Shown piece after piece: positions 49,055-58,933 of a stretch of DNA of 64,000 nt. Every line of letters begins with the position of its first letter. The first letter of the stretch is position 1. This stretch comes from Candidatus Bathyarchaeota archaeon (GTDB taxonomy: Archaea > Thermoproteota > Bathyarchaeia > TCS64). The notes below the pieces were generated by a model. It did not search any database. It was not told the DNA's origin and saw nothing but the letters and a program-made list of their open reading frames with translations. A program made the translations under genes and the position numbers. The stretch covers positions 288,001 through 352,000 of the forward strand of contig CAVYVF010000002.1 in NCBI GenBank assembly GCA_963771885.1. Reading direction: 5' to 3'.

Positions 49055-50580
49055 TTGATATGAACGGAAAGAAGAGCACACTGATGGTTTTACTGATCAC
49101 CTGCATGATGGCAGGCCAGATCATTTCAATATACGCAGCGGACTATAGGCCTCACCTACAGGTAACGACCGCCAACGTGACATTCCCCGCGGGCAGCAGG
49201 GGAAGCATGACCATAACGCTCCGTAACGACGGTAACTTCGACGCTACCGAGGTGGAGGCTATACTGACCTCAACTACGCCGGGCGTCACGCCGCTTGCCG
49301 GCGCACAAAAAGTGGTAAACTTGGTCGGAACGGGCACCTCTGTAAGCTACACCGTTGACGTTTTCATTGACCAGGCAGTCGCTACAGGAGCCTACGTCCT
49401 CACGCTCTCGCTCAACTACCTACGGGGCGGAGTCGGTGTCGTCACGGTCACCGTCCCCGTCTCCATCATTGTTGACGCGCCGTCGCTCCCGTCCCTGAGG
49501 ATCACCCCCTCCAGCAACAAGATCACCCCTGGCGTGGTCAATACAGTGCACCTGACGGTCGAGAACATCTCTCCCGCGAACGTGACTAGCATTAATGTCG
49601 CGCTCAGCTCAGCTTCCCCATTAATATCTCTCAGTGAGACTATCAATTATAACATCTCTAAGCTCACTAAAGGCGGCTCTATGAGTTTCGACGTCTCCCT
49701 CATTGTCCTTGAGAACACACCCATAGGTGCCTATGCCCTGACAGCTCAGGTTTGGTATGTGAACTCTTACGGGGTAACCGCGAAGCAGACGATCAGCATC
49801 CCACTCGAAGTTAGCGCCGTCGCGGTTACAAGGATACCAGTCGTAGTTGTGCAGAACATGGTTCCCGGCATTGTACTCCCTGGTGAGACGTTCACGATTA
49901 ATCTCAGAGTCTCCTGCTCGGGCGCGCCAATCTACAACGCTAGGGCTGTGCTCGGTCAGGACGTCACCGGGTTAATCTCCCCCATCTCCCAGACCACTGT
50001 GTCGTTGGGTGACCTCGGCGTCGACGGTAGCAGCACGGTTTCCTATACGATGATCCTCAGCGGTTCAGCCATATCGGCGGATATCCCACTCGTTGTTAGT
50101 ATCAGGTACCTAGACTCCAAGGGCATCACGGGGACCGCGACGGAGACTATCACGATTCCGATCGAGAACCTCGTCGACTTCAGACTCATGGAGGATATCG
50201 TCGTTTCGGCGGAGAAGGGTAAGACGACGACCCTTGAGGGAGACCTGCTGCTCGTTGGCACGGGTAAGGTCGAGTTCGCGTCGATATCCATCGTCTCGGG
50301 AGGTCCGGTGCAGCGTGTAACGGGTAGCACTGAGTACATAGGTGCAATCGACCCAGATAGCCCCGTACCCTTCACGATCAGATTCGAGACAGACGCCGAT
50401 GCACAACTGGGCGACTCCGAACTCCTGTTGAGGATCACATACCTTAACAGCAGAAACGTGCAGGAGAACCGGACTATCTCCGTTCCACTCCAGATCGTTG
50501 CTCCCTCCACTACGGTTACGCCCCCTAGCGACGACGGTGGACTGTGGGGCTGGCTGCGGCGCCTCTTCGGACTGCAGTAG
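49051..50580 (+). CDS. COG1361-like S-layer/Ig-repeat surface protein
   Basis: Signal peptide, repeated beta-rich Ig-like modules, located between ABC ATPase and permease. Confidence 0.8.
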   Translation: MIDMNGKKSTLMVLLITCMMAGQIISIYAADYRPHLQVTTANVTFPAGSRGSMTITLRNDGNFDATEVEAILTSTTPGVTPLAGAQKVVNLVGTGTSVSYTVDVFIDQAVATGAYVLTLSLNYLRGGVGVVTVTVPVSIIVDAPSLPSLRITPSSNKITPGVVNTVHLTVENISPANVTSINVALSSASPLISLSETINYNISKLTKGGSMSFDVSLIVLENTPIGAYALTAQVWYVNSYGVTAKQTISIPLEVSAVAVTRIPVVVVQNMVPGIVLPGETFTINLRVSCSGAPIYNARAVLGQDVTGLISPISQTTVSLGDLGVDGSSTVSYTMILSGSAISADIPLVVSIRYLDSKGITGTATETITIPIENLVDFRLMEDIVVSAEKGKTTTLEGDLLLVGTGKVEFASISIVSGGPVQRVTGSTEYIGAIDPDSPVPFTIRFETDADAQLGDSELLLRITYLNSRNVQENRTISVPLQIVAPSTTVTPPSDDGGLWGWLRRLFGLQ

Positions 50581-51780
50581 GTGAAGCTGTTGAAGCCCAG
50601 TGACATTATTGGCTCGGCATGGGAGAGTGTCCGATCGAGAAAGTTTAGGTTCGCCCTGAACCTGATCGGCATCTTGATCGGGTGCGCCGCGGTCACGGGG
50701 CTCGTCTCAATCACACAGGGGCTGAGCGACAGCGTGGGCGGCCAACTGCAGGTATTCGGGCCACAGAATGTCATGGTCGTCCCCGGCGGGATGTCTGCCA
50801 CCTCTTTCGGAAGTAGCGCGTTGACCTATAAGGATCTAACAACGATAAAGAACGTGCCCCACGTGGCGGCGGCGACGCCTATCATCTCGAACAAGGTCGT
50901 ATCATATACTATCAAGGGAAAGACATACCGAGGTTCAACATATGGGCTGACTGAGGAGTTCCAGCAGCTAAACACGAGCTTCGATGTCGCCGAGGGAAGG
51001 GCGTTTTCACGCAGCGACAACGGAGTCGTAATCATAGGCGCTAACATCGCCTGGCCCCAGGACGAAGAAACTCCGATTCTCGAGGTCGGAGACAGGATAA
51101 CACTCCACACACGAGTCGGGGACGTAGAGAAGACGCTGACGGTGCGTGTCCTCGGCGTTTTGACAAAGCAGGGCTCAACTTTCGGAGTGAACCTTGACGA
51201 CGCGATCGCTTTACCGCTTAGGGACGCGCAGCAGTTTTTCGAGACGGGGAACGAGTTCTCTTTCATCATGGCGCAGGCGGATTCGATCGTTAACGTCGCG
51301 GCGGCCGCAGCGGGCATAAAAGCGAAGCTCGGCAAGGGTTATAGTGCCGTGACCTACGAGTCGGCGAAGGCCACTATGGACCAGGTCCTCGGCTCGATCC
51401 AAGCCGTCCTCGGTGGCATCGCCGCTATAAGCCTCGTCGTCGCCGGTATCGGCATCATAAACACAATGACCATCAGCGTCATGGAGCGCACACGCGAGAT
51501 AGGCGTCCTCAAGGCGATCGGCTCGAAGAGCAGGGATGTCATGCTGATGTTCATCACTGAGGCTGTACTCACGGGGATAATGGGAGGGATTCTTGGCGTG
51601 CTGCTCGGATTCTCTCTTAGTGGTGTGATCGGTTCATTCATAGGCATCTCGTCGGTCCCGTCCCTCGTGAACGGGCTGCTCGTCGTAGGATTCGCCGTAG
51701 TGACGACGACGCTATCCGGGTTGTATCCTGCTTGGAGGGCGTCCAACCTCAACCCCGTTGAGGCTCTCAGAAGCGAGTAA
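50581..51780 (+). CDS. ABC permease (MacB/FtsX type)
   Basis: ISLVVAGIGIINTM..SV.ERTREIGVLKAIG, YPAWRAS.LNPVEALR.E. Confidence 0.95.
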   Translation: MKLLKPSDIIGSAWESVRSRKFRFALNLIGILIGCAAVTGLVSITQGLSDSVGGQLQVFGPQNVMVVPGGMSATSFGSSALTYKDLTTIKNVPHVAAATPIISNKVVSYTIKGKTYRGSTYGLTEEFQQLNTSFDVAEGRAFSRSDNGVVIIGANIAWPQDEETPILEVGDRITLHTRVGDVEKTLTVRVLGVLTKQGSTFGVNLDDAIALPLRDAQQFFETGNEFSFIMAQADSIVNVAAAAAGIKAKLGKGYSAVTYESAKATMDQVLGSIQAVLGGIAAISLVVAGIGIINTMTISVMERTREIGVLKAIGSKSRDVMLMFITEAVLTGIMGGILGVLLGFSLSGVIGSFIGISSVPSLVNGLLVVGFAVVTTTLSGLYPAWRASNLNPVEALRSE

Positions 51781-51781
51781 G

Positions 51782-51874
51782 TGGTGCGGCCGCCGGGATT
51801 TGGACCCGGGTCACCAACTCTCCCTGATATGAATCGTGGGGGGCTGGTATCTTACCAGGCTGGACTACGGCCGC
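51782..51874 (-). tRNA. tRNA-Gly(CCC) with 17-nt intron at 37/38 (51820-51836), encoded CCA, atypical C13/C33/C55
   Basis: GCGGCCG/CGGCCGC acceptor stem, A73, anticodon stem CCAGC/GTTGG, T-arm CCGGG-TCCAAAT-CCCGG, BHB-like intron fold. Confidence 0.8.
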
Positions 51875-52047
51875 GCAAAGCTACCGGAGTGGATAACCAC
51901 CGCGATCTAATAAGTATGTCGAGGATAGCCGCCTCTTGCTCGTGGGTGCAAATTTTAACTAAAAGAGCATTTACATTGAACAATTAATACAAAACCAAAA
52001 ACAGTTATATACGCTGTTTACCGTATTGGCTAAACGCTTAGGGCCAT

Positions 52048-52140
52048 GGGCCTGTAGCTCAGCAAGGAAGAGCGTCGGCCTTTTAAGACCTCGTGGTCGA
52101 AGAGAGCCGTTGGTCAGGGGTTCAAATCCCCTCAGGCCCG
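52048..52140 (+). tRNA. tRNA-Lys(TTT) with 19-nt intron at 37/38 (52086-52104)
   Basis: GGGCCTG/CAGGCCC, GCTC/GAGC D-stem, CT-TTT-A loop, BHB helix CTTT/GAAG plus GACC/GGTC, TTCAAAT, G73. Confidence 0.93.
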
Positions 52141-52165
52141 CTCCGCCTGCTTGGGGATGATGTGA

Positions 52166-52891
52166 ATGGCAGAGACGAGGGTACGCGAACTAAAGTATAG
52201 GATGATGATCACCGATCTGCTAAAGGTCGCGAGCGAGAGCCACACCTATCAGGAACTCTCCGACTACCTCGGCCTCAGCCCGCCAATACTCAGCAGGTAC
52301 ATGAGGGGGCACGTCCTACCCAGCTACGACAGGGCTCAAGGCTTATACGAAAAGCTTATGGAGATTACCGATATCAAGGCGGAGTTGAAGAAGAGAATCA
52401 ACTTCGACGAGGAAGGCTACTTCGACAACACTCCCCTTGTGGCTGAGATCACTTGGCTTAAGATCATGGCGAACTACGCGATGGAAAAGTTCGCCGGGCG
52501 CCGCGTCACGAAGGTTCTCACGGCAGCCGTCGACGGCATACCAGTTTCCACCCTAGTCGCTAACCTACTTGACGTAGACCTTCTCGTTGCGAAGGAAACT
52601 AAGGAAGTCGGCATCAACGACTTCCTTGAAGAGTCCTTTATTCCCAAGGGCTCTGCAATGAGGAAAACGATGTACGTCCCCAAGGCGAGCCTCAAGAAGA
52701 AGGACAGTATTCTCATCATCGATGACGTGGTTCGTAGCGGCGAGACGATCAAGGCACTCGTCGATCTAGTGAGGAACCAACGCGCGGATATCGCGGGCAT
52801 CTACATACTCGTTGCAGTTGGTGACGAGTGGAAAAAGGACCTCGGCGAGATCATAAGCAAAGAGTCCTTTGAGGTCCTCATAGAACTGTAA
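52166..52891 (+). CDS. HTH plus phosphoribosyltransferase domain protein (archaeal PurR/Apt-like)
   Basis: TYQELS..LGLS...LSRY..G.VLPS; VLTAAVDGIP; ILIIDDVVRSGET. Confidence 0.88.
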   Translation: MAETRVRELKYRMMITDLLKVASESHTYQELSDYLGLSPPILSRYMRGHVLPSYDRAQGLYEKLMEITDIKAELKKRINFDEEGYFDNTPLVAEITWLKIMANYAMEKFAGRRVTKVLTAAVDGIPVSTLVANLLDVDLLVAKETKEVGINDFLEESFIPKGSAMRKTMYVPKASLKKKDSILIIDDVVRSGETIKALVDLVRNQRADIAGIYILVAVGDEWKKDLGEIISKESFEVLIEL

Positions 52892-53166
52892 TCGGGTCAA
52901 GTTTTACTCCCGAATATATTCAGCATTCTTTTTAAAACAAATCTACCCTAGACTCCATATCTCTTGGTTGAAATGTGCCTGAAACGTGTCCATTTTAATA
53001 CGTGACCGCCACGTATTCTGTAGGAAAGTGAAACCGGGTGATTCATCAAGTTACGCCAGCCACGAGGCACACATATCACTCAAATGCCCAACATAAGGAG
53101 AGGGATGGAACTGTGAGCTTCAGGAACGTTTTTATGAACCAACCCCGGCTAACTTGAGGCGATGCG

Positions 53167-53742
53167 ATGTTCAACCTCATAACCCTGAAGGACACCATCA
53201 GGATAAGCCCGAATAAATTCGACAAGCCCCTTGACAGCGCAGCCTACGAGGAGCTACGTGGCAAGTACGAGGGACTCGTTGACGAGGACCTCGGCTACGT
53301 CATCTCCGTGAACAAGGTTGAGGTCAACCCGGTTGGACGCATCGTCCCCGGCGACGGCGGAACTCACCACCAGGTCACGTTCAGCATCATGACGTTCTTC
53401 CCTCAGCTACAGGAGATCGTCGAGGGTGAGGTCGTCGAGGTCGCAGACTTCGGAACCTTCCTCAGGGTAGGCCCCGTCGACGCTCTGCTCCACGTCAGCC
53501 AGCTCATGGACGACTTCATAAGCTACGACGAGAGGCAAGGCGTGCTCCTAGGCAAGGAGAGTGGGCGCACTATCCAGAGGGGTGACCTCTTCAGGGTGAG
53601 GATGGTCGCGGTAAGCTTCCCAAAGGGACGTAGCTCAGGTAAGATAGGAGTCACGGCGCGCCAGCCAATGTTGGGCAAGCTAAACTGGATTGAAGACGAG
53701 GTTGACGCCATGAACGCGCCGAAAGAGGAGAAGAAGAAGTAA
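53167..53742 (+). CDS. rpoE1: RNA polymerase subunit E' (Rpo7)
   Basis: GRIVPGDG, EIVEGEV, FG.F..GP.DALLHVSQ.MDD, T.RQP.LGK. Confidence 0.96.
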   Translation: MFNLITLKDTIRISPNKFDKPLDSAAYEELRGKYEGLVDEDLGYVISVNKVEVNPVGRIVPGDGGTHHQVTFSIMTFFPQLQEIVEGEVVEVADFGTFLRVGPVDALLHVSQLMDDFISYDERQGVLLGKESGRTIQRGDLFRVRMVAVSFPKGRSSGKIGVTARQPMLGKLNWIEDEVDAMNAPKEEKKK

Positions 53743-53927
53743 TGCCCGCAAAGGCCTGCAGAACCTGCAAGATCATAACGACCGAGAACGTCTGCCCGAA
53801 CTGCAAGGGCTCGGAGCTCAGCGAGGACTACCTCGGATTCGTAATCATACTCGACCCTTCTAAGAGCCAGCTGGCTGAGAAGATGAGCATCGAAGAGGCG
53901 GGGCAGTACGCCCTCAAGATCCGTTAA
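53742..53927 (+). CDS. spt4: Transcription elongation factor Spt4 (RpoE'')
   Basis: KACRTC..CPNC..G.VIILDP.KS.LA..G.YALK. Confidence 0.95.
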   Translation: MPAKACRTCKIITTENVCPNCKGSELSEDYLGFVIILDPSKSQLAEKMSIEEAGQYALKIR

Positions 53928-53979
53928 ACACCCCGGTCCGAAGCCCCTCCAGATCAAGACTCTGCTTCTCCCCGAATCC

Positions 53980-54465
53980 ATGCGCGACGAGCTGAAGGCT
54001 CCGCTCGGGGAACTGCTCCGTGGTGAGCCAAGTGATACGGCTGCCGCTATCAAGAAATGTTTCCGCATCAAACCCCCCATGTTCGCGATAGTCGGCGACT
54101 TCGTCGCAGCAAACCTCATCGCCGCTGGCTTCTCCCCTGATATCGTCGTAGTTGATAACAAGACGCTGCGGGTGGAGGTCGAACCCGTTAAACACGGCAT
54201 GAAGGAGGTTCACGTTTTGAACCCGGCCGCATCAATCGACGCAGAAGCCTGGCTCCTCCTGCGCGGCGCGGTAACGCTTAAAAGGCGGGTAGCGGTAGTC
54301 GTGGAAGGTGAAGAGGACCTGCTGGTCCTCCCGCTGTTGGCTGAGATGCCCGTCGGATCGGTGATAGCCTACGGCCAGCCCCATGAGGGGCTTGTTGTAG
54401 TAACCGTCTCCGATGAGAGGCGGGACTGGGCACGTAGATTCCTCAACCGAATGGAGATGAAATAG
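53980..54465 (+). CDS. GTP-dependent dephospho-CoA kinase (DUF359)
   Basis: LK.P.G, VGD, VD.KT.R, NP, GEEDLL, YGQP.EG; conserved position in the rpoE operon. Confidence 0.92.
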   Translation: MRDELKAPLGELLRGEPSDTAAAIKKCFRIKPPMFAIVGDFVAANLIAAGFSPDIVVVDNKTLRVEVEPVKHGMKEVHVLNPAASIDAEAWLLLRGAVTLKRRVAVVVEGEEDLLVLPLLAEMPVGSVIAYGQPHEGLVVVTVSDERRDWARRFLNRMEMK

Positions 54466-54468
54466 ACT

Positions 54469-54810
54469 GTGAAGCTGGAGTTAACATCCACCAGGATCAA
54501 CAAGGTGGTTGGCAGGAAGGAGCTCTCATTCAAGATAGATGAGGCATCCACTCCGAGCAGAGCCGACGTAAGACGTGACATCGCCGTCCTCATGAGGACG
54601 GATCCCGACAACGTCTACGTCCGCGTGCTCAATACGAAGACCGGCACACGGATAGTCACGGGCCTCGCCCACGTCTATAACGACGCGGCGACAGCGCTCA
54701 CTGTGGAGCCGAAGCACATTATAACGCGCAACAAGGGCAAGGAGGCTGCGAAGGCTGAAGAAAAGCCCGCAGCAGCCGCCGCCCCAGCCGCTGAGGAGGA
54801 GAAGAAGTAA
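54469..54810 (+). CDS. rps24e: 30S ribosomal protein S24e (eS24)
   Basis: N..VGRKE, TPSR, G.AHVY, EP.HI..RN. Confidence 0.95.
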   Translation: MKLELTSTRINKVVGRKELSFKIDEASTPSRADVRRDIAVLMRTDPDNVYVRVLNTKTGTRIVTGLAHVYNDAATALTVEPKHIITRNKGKEAAKAEEKPAAAAAPAAEEEKK

Positions 54811-55052
54811 TGTCACAGGCACCACCACCCGCTGGCAAGAAACCCGCAGCAGGCGACAAGAAGCCCGTCGAGAAGAAGGCGCCAAAGCACGTCGACTCGA
54901 TCTATAAGAAATACGAGATCAAGGACGGCAAGCTTGAGCGCAAGAGACCCTTCTGCAACAGGTGTGGACGCGGCTACTTCATGGCCGACCACGGTAACCG
55001 CTACACGTGCGGGAACTGCGGGTTCACCATGTTCAAGAACAAATCCGAGTAG
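54810..55052 (+). CDS. rps27ae: 30S ribosomal protein S27ae (eS31)
   Basis: [26 protein letters not shown]. Confidence 0.95.
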   Translation: MSQAPPPAGKKPAAGDKKPVEKKAPKHVDSIYKKYEIKDGKLERKRPFCNRCGRGYFMADHGNRYTCGNCGFTMFKNKSE

Positions 55053-55118
55053 CCCCCTTTTTTCACTTCTTCCAGTTTTTCGCAACCCCTTTAATAGGTT
55101 TCACACAATCTTCCAGCC

Positions 55119-55268
55119 ATGATCAAAATGGTATCCAGTGGCATCCTCGATGACCCTCTCATATCCTTCCTACTCGGGCTGATCGTCGTAGTCGTCATCG
55201 GCTTCATCCTGCGAGGCTATCTAACCAAGAAGGAAAGAGTAATCTTAACCGGTCTATTCTTTCTTTAA
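55119..55268 (+). CDS. Small membrane protein (49 aa)
   Basis: Manual translation MIKMVSSGILDDPLISFLLGLIVVVVIGFILRGYLTKKERVILTGLFFL; TTTAATA about 29 nt upstream. Confidence 0.55.
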   Translation: MIKMVSSGILDDPLISFLLGLIVVVVIGFILRGYLTKKERVILTGLFFL

Positions 55269-55502
55269 TCTTCTTTACATGTGGGTACAGTTTGATGTTC
55301 ATTTTTCTGCATTTTTACATCAGCTTACATACATTTTCATGTATCTCCGATCGTAATTGGCGTTTTTCTCATCTCTCTTACAGGTAATAGGTTGCAGGGT
55401 TCTTATTTTGACTCCCTCTCCGGCGTATATTCCTCTTGGTTCAGTGAATGATGAGCCCGAAGGGGTTAAATTCCCAACTCTAAGCCTCATCTATCGACAG
55501 TT

Positions 55503-55799
55503 ATGTTTGAGATCGAGAAGATCGAGGTCGACGGCAAGACCTTCCACGGCATGAAGTCTACCCTCCCCGAGAATGCGCCACCGCTTCTCCTGATAAAAGG
55601 GGTGAAGGGTTACGTTATGTGCGGCTACCTCAACCTCGAGGCGGCGGAGAAATTTGGTTCCGCAGCAGCGATCGTCAGCGGCGTCAAGACTTTCGAGGAT
55701 GTCCTCAACGCTCCAATAAAGGCGGCGACGATAAAGGCGAAGGGCCTCGGACTCGAGCCGGGCAAGGTCGTCAGAGACGTTATAGCCGCACTCGGCTAG
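55503..55799 (+). CDS. DUF1805 (YunC-like) protein
   Basis: PLLLI....GYVMCGYLN, AAIVSGVKT.ED.L. Confidence 0.9.
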   Translation: MFEIEKIEVDGKTFHGMKSTLPENAPPLLLIKGVKGYVMCGYLNLEAAEKFGSAAAIVSGVKTFEDVLNAPIKAATIKAKGLGLEPGKVVRDVIAALG

Positions 55800-56449
55800 A
55801 CGCCAACCAGCTTCTCTACTTCCTTCTTTCCGTTCTTTAAATAATTCTTTCCGTGTGCGAGGAGGAGTATGTCAAAGTCGTAGTCTAGAAGCTTCTTTAT
55901 CTCCCTTGCCGCCATCTCGCCGTCTCTACTGTACTTAGCCGGCGGTGTATAGAGGTGCCCCTCGTCGTCTCCGAATATTGTGTCGCCGACTATCATCGCC
56001 TTCTCGCCTCTGAGGTAGAATGTTAAGTTACCGTCGCTATGCCCGGGGACACTTATCGCCTCTATCCCCCCGCAGGCATCGATGACGTCCCCCTGCTCCA
56101 GCCCCATGTCCGCCTCGACTCCCGTCTCGTCTAGCAGTCTCTCGACGTCGCCTTCGCCGATCATGACCTCGGGATGACCCGTGAGGTCGAGGACCCTGGG
56201 CAGGTTCTCTATGTGGTCGCCGTGGGCGTGCGTGATGAGTATCAATTTAACGTTCTCCCACTTCTTCCCTATCTCCGATAGCTCAGCCTCGATGTTGGCG
56301 ATGCAGAGCGGTGTGAAGCCTACGTCGATGAGTATTAGCCCTCCATCGCAGATAAGTATGTAGACCTTAGTGCTAAGCCCGTCGGCCTTCTCCACCTCGA
56401 CCTCACGAATCTTATCAGTGATTTTTGTCAATTCTATATCCCTACTCAT
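55796..56449 (-). CDS. Metallo-beta-lactamase fold hydrolase
   Basis: THAHGDH, PGHS.G, GD, AHG. Confidence 0.9.
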   Translation of the reverse strand: MSRDIELTKITDKIREVEVEKADGLSTKVYILICDGGLILIDVGFTPLCIANIEAELSEIGKKWENVKLILITHAHGDHIENLPRVLDLTGHPEVMIGEGDVERLLDETGVEADMGLEQGDVIDACGGIEAISVPGHSDGNLTFYLRGEKAMIVGDTIFGDDEGHLYTPPAKYSRDGEMAAREIKKLLDYDFDILLLAHGKNYLKNGKKEVEKLVGV

Positions 56450-56657
56450 TTAGCAACTCGACTATCTTCGTAGTTGACGTTGCCCCTGAGACGAGCCTCG
56501 CCTGTCTGCCGAAGTGCTTCTTGAGAATCTTAAGCACTGCTTGATTTGCCTTGCCTTTCTGTCGGGGCTCTTTGACGGTGACGAGATAGTGATCGGTATC
56601 TATCTCTTCAACCGACTCTTGGCGGGAACCAGCCTTAACGTCGACGGTGATCCTCAA
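56442..56657 (-). CDS. DUF167 (YggU-like) protein
   Basis: VK.GS, P..GKAN, LVSGATS..K. Confidence 0.9.
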   Translation of the reverse strand: MRITVDVKAGSRQESVEEIDTDHYLVTVKEPRQKGKANQAVLKILKKHFGRQARLVSGATSTTKIVELLNE

Positions 56658-56705
56658 GACTGATGAATTATTAATGCGGTTGGTTAAAAGTAGATACTGT
56701 CGGCT

Positions 56706-57086
56706 CTACTCATCGTTGAGAGCCTCTTTTGCGGCCTCCCTCGTTTGGTCTGGGAAGTCCTTCATGAGGCTCTTGAGTACGACCTTGGCCACGTGCTTCT
56801 TGAAGCCCTCCTCGTCGAGGCCCGTGAAGTACTTCCTTCGGGTTCCACCCTTACAGGTCTCCTCCTCGAACTTGAGGACTCCCTCATCGCACATGTCGTT
56901 AAGGAAGTTGATTATTGACGCCCGGGAGATGGTCTTGCTGCCCAGTGAGCGGTTCACAGCCTGGTAAACCTCGCGTGAGGTCATGCCATTGTTGTCGCTG
57001 TTCCATATAATCTGCAGCGCCTCGATCTGATAGTCCCTTAGGACCTTCTCGAGGCCTTTTTTAGAAGGATCGATGACGATTGTCAA
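56706..57086 (-). CDS. BlaI/MecI-like winged-helix regulator
   Basis: ALQIIW, TSREV, SRASIINFLN.M...GVL. Confidence 0.8.
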   Translation of the reverse strand: MTIVIDPSKKGLEKVLRDYQIEALQIIWNSDNNGMTSREVYQAVNRSLGSKTISRASIINFLNDMCDEGVLKFEEETCKGGTRRKYFTGLDEEGFKKHVAKVVLKSLMKDFPDQTREAAKEALNDE

Positions 57087-57150
57087 GTTTAAGCGCACCT
57101 GAACGCCGTCTAAGTTCAGCCCACACATATAAAAGAATTAGGTTAGTCTA

Positions 57151-57558
57151 CTAGTATAGTGTTCGTTTAATTTTAGTTAGTACATGTTTCTCCAGTGAGT
57201 AGCACTGGAATGTTCCGGTGAACACCTTCTTTCCCTCCACTGTCACGTCTACGTTTACCTCGCTTTTTATGCCATCCATGTTTTTCACGGTCGCTTCGGC
57301 CCTCATCTTATCACAAGTCGCGACGGGGGCTAGGAACTTTGTCTGAGCCGAACCGAGGACGACGTTGGGGTGGTTGACGGCGAGCATAGCGGCGTAGTCA
57401 GCCAAGCCAAAGGTAAAGCCGCCGTGAGTGAGACCCGAGGCATCCGCCTCCATCTCGGGGGTCGCTGTGAGCTCCACAATGGCCTTTGAGCCGCCGACGA
57501 CCTCGACTGGCGTACCGACAAGCATACCAGAAATCTTATCGTGTGTCCTTATCTCCAA
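57151..57558 (-). CDS. PaaI-family thioesterase
   Basis: GLTHGGFTFGLADYAAMLAVN, KFLAPV. Confidence 0.9.
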   Translation of the reverse strand: MEIRTHDKISGMLVGTPVEVVGGSKAIVELTATPEMEADASGLTHGGFTFGLADYAAMLAVNHPNVVLGSAQTKFLAPVATCDKMRAEATVKNMDGIKSEVNVDVTVEGKKVFTGTFQCYSLEKHVLTKIKRTLY

Positions 57559-57627
57559 ACCTACTCGCAAACCATTCTTTACCATACAGTGTTAAAAACC
57601 CAAGCATGGACGTTAAGGGGACTAGGC

Positions 57628-58542
57628 TTGAAACTCGTTACATATCGTTCGGGTAAAGCTGTTAGTATAGGCGTCGTCGTCGGCGACGACGTACTCGACC
57701 TCAACGCGGCGTTCAAGGCGCACCTCGGCGGATCCTTCAAGGGCCAAAAGGTTACGCCCCTTGATATGCTCGGGCTCCTCGACATGGGCGCTAAGGGTCT
57801 CGCCGAGGTGAAAAAGGCGGTCAAGGCTGCGGAGGGCTCCAAGTACCTTACATCCCTCAAGAAGGCGAAGCTGATGGCCCCCATCCCACGCCCAAGGAAG
57901 AACATCGTCTGCCTTGGCCTCAACTACGCTGAGCACGTAAAAGAGGGGAAAAGTGCCGGCGCAACGCCTAACCTGCCCCCTGTCCCGATCTACTTCACAA
58001 AACCCGCAACATCCGTCACGGGACCATACGACGACATAGTCTACCCCAAGGTAACAGAGAAGCTCGACTACGAGGCCGAACTCGCCTTCGTCATCGGTAA
58101 GAAGGGGAAGAATATCCCCGAGGAAAAAGTCTACGACTACATCGCAGGCTACATGGCATTCGACGACGTCTCAGCGCGTGATCTACAAAAGAACCACCAG
58201 CAGTGGTACAGGGGGAAGAGCATCGATACCTTCGCCCCAATGGGCCCCTACCTCGTGACGAAGGACGAGGTCGGTGACCCCCAGGACCTCGACCTCTGGT
58301 GCAAGGTAAACGGCGTCGAGAGGCAGCACACTAACACAAGCGACATGATCTTTAACATCAAGAAGATCGTGTCGGTGCTCTCAGCCGGCATCACCCTCGA
58401 GGTCGGAGACATCTTCGCCACGGGCACACCCTCAGGCGTAGGCACGGCGCACCCACTCGGCCTCCTTAAGCCCGGCGACGTGGTTGAGGTCGGTGTCGAG
58501 AACATCGGCGTCATAAAGAACAAGGTAGTAGCCGAGAAGTAG
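57628..58542 (+). CDS. Fumarylacetoacetate hydrolase family protein
   Basis: CLGLNYAEH, YFTK, LDYEAEL, DVSARD, GKS.DTF, GD.FATGTPSGVG. Confidence 0.93.
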   Translation: MKLVTYRSGKAVSIGVVVGDDVLDLNAAFKAHLGGSFKGQKVTPLDMLGLLDMGAKGLAEVKKAVKAAEGSKYLTSLKKAKLMAPIPRPRKNIVCLGLNYAEHVKEGKSAGATPNLPPVPIYFTKPATSVTGPYDDIVYPKVTEKLDYEAELAFVIGKKGKNIPEEKVYDYIAGYMAFDDVSARDLQKNHQQWYRGKSIDTFAPMGPYLVTKDEVGDPQDLDLWCKVNGVERQHTNTSDMIFNIKKIVSVLSAGITLEVGDIFATGTPSGVGTAHPLGLLKPGDVVEVGVENIGVIKNKVVAEK

Positions 58543-58636
58543 CCCACAAAGGGCTCCTTTTCCGCGGTGCCCTATTCACCACTGAAACGGTTATAGACAC
58601 GTTTATATTGAGAGTATCTGGTTTGCTAGGTGTTTC

Positions 58637-58891
58637 ATGGTGGATACTTTGAGTGACAACGTCATGATAGGTCCCCCGAAGCTCACCCGCTTCGAGAGGG
58701 CAAGAATCGCAGGTGCACGCGCGCTACAAGTATCCCTCGGGGCTCCAATCCTCGTGGAACTCCCGGCAAAGATGAGCGACCCTATCGATATCGCCCTCGT
58801 GGAGATAAAGGCGGGCATTCTCCCCATGACGATCAGAAGGACTCTCCCAGACGGCTCCCACAAGGACATCGCTCTCGCAGATCTCAGTTAG
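58637..58891 (+). CDS. rpoK: RNA polymerase subunit K (Rpo6)
   Basis: [28 protein letters not shown]. Confidence 0.96.
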   Translation: MVDTLSDNVMIGPPKLTRFERARIAGARALQVSLGAPILVELPAKMSDPIDIALVEIKAGILPMTIRRTLPDGSHKDIALADLS

Positions 58892-58933
58892 CCGATGAAG
58901 CCTTTTTACCGGAGCACACGACTCCTTTAGGCG

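Noticed and set aside
51820..51843. Reading the tRNA as Glu(CTC) because T35 would perfect the BHB helix
   Set aside because: The genomic anticodon is CCC, and acceptor stem G1-C2-G3 with A73 is Gly-type
47825..51874. Integrated element at the tRNA-Gly 3' end
   Set aside because: No integrase, no duplicated tRNA 3' end seen in the window, and no obvious compositional shift
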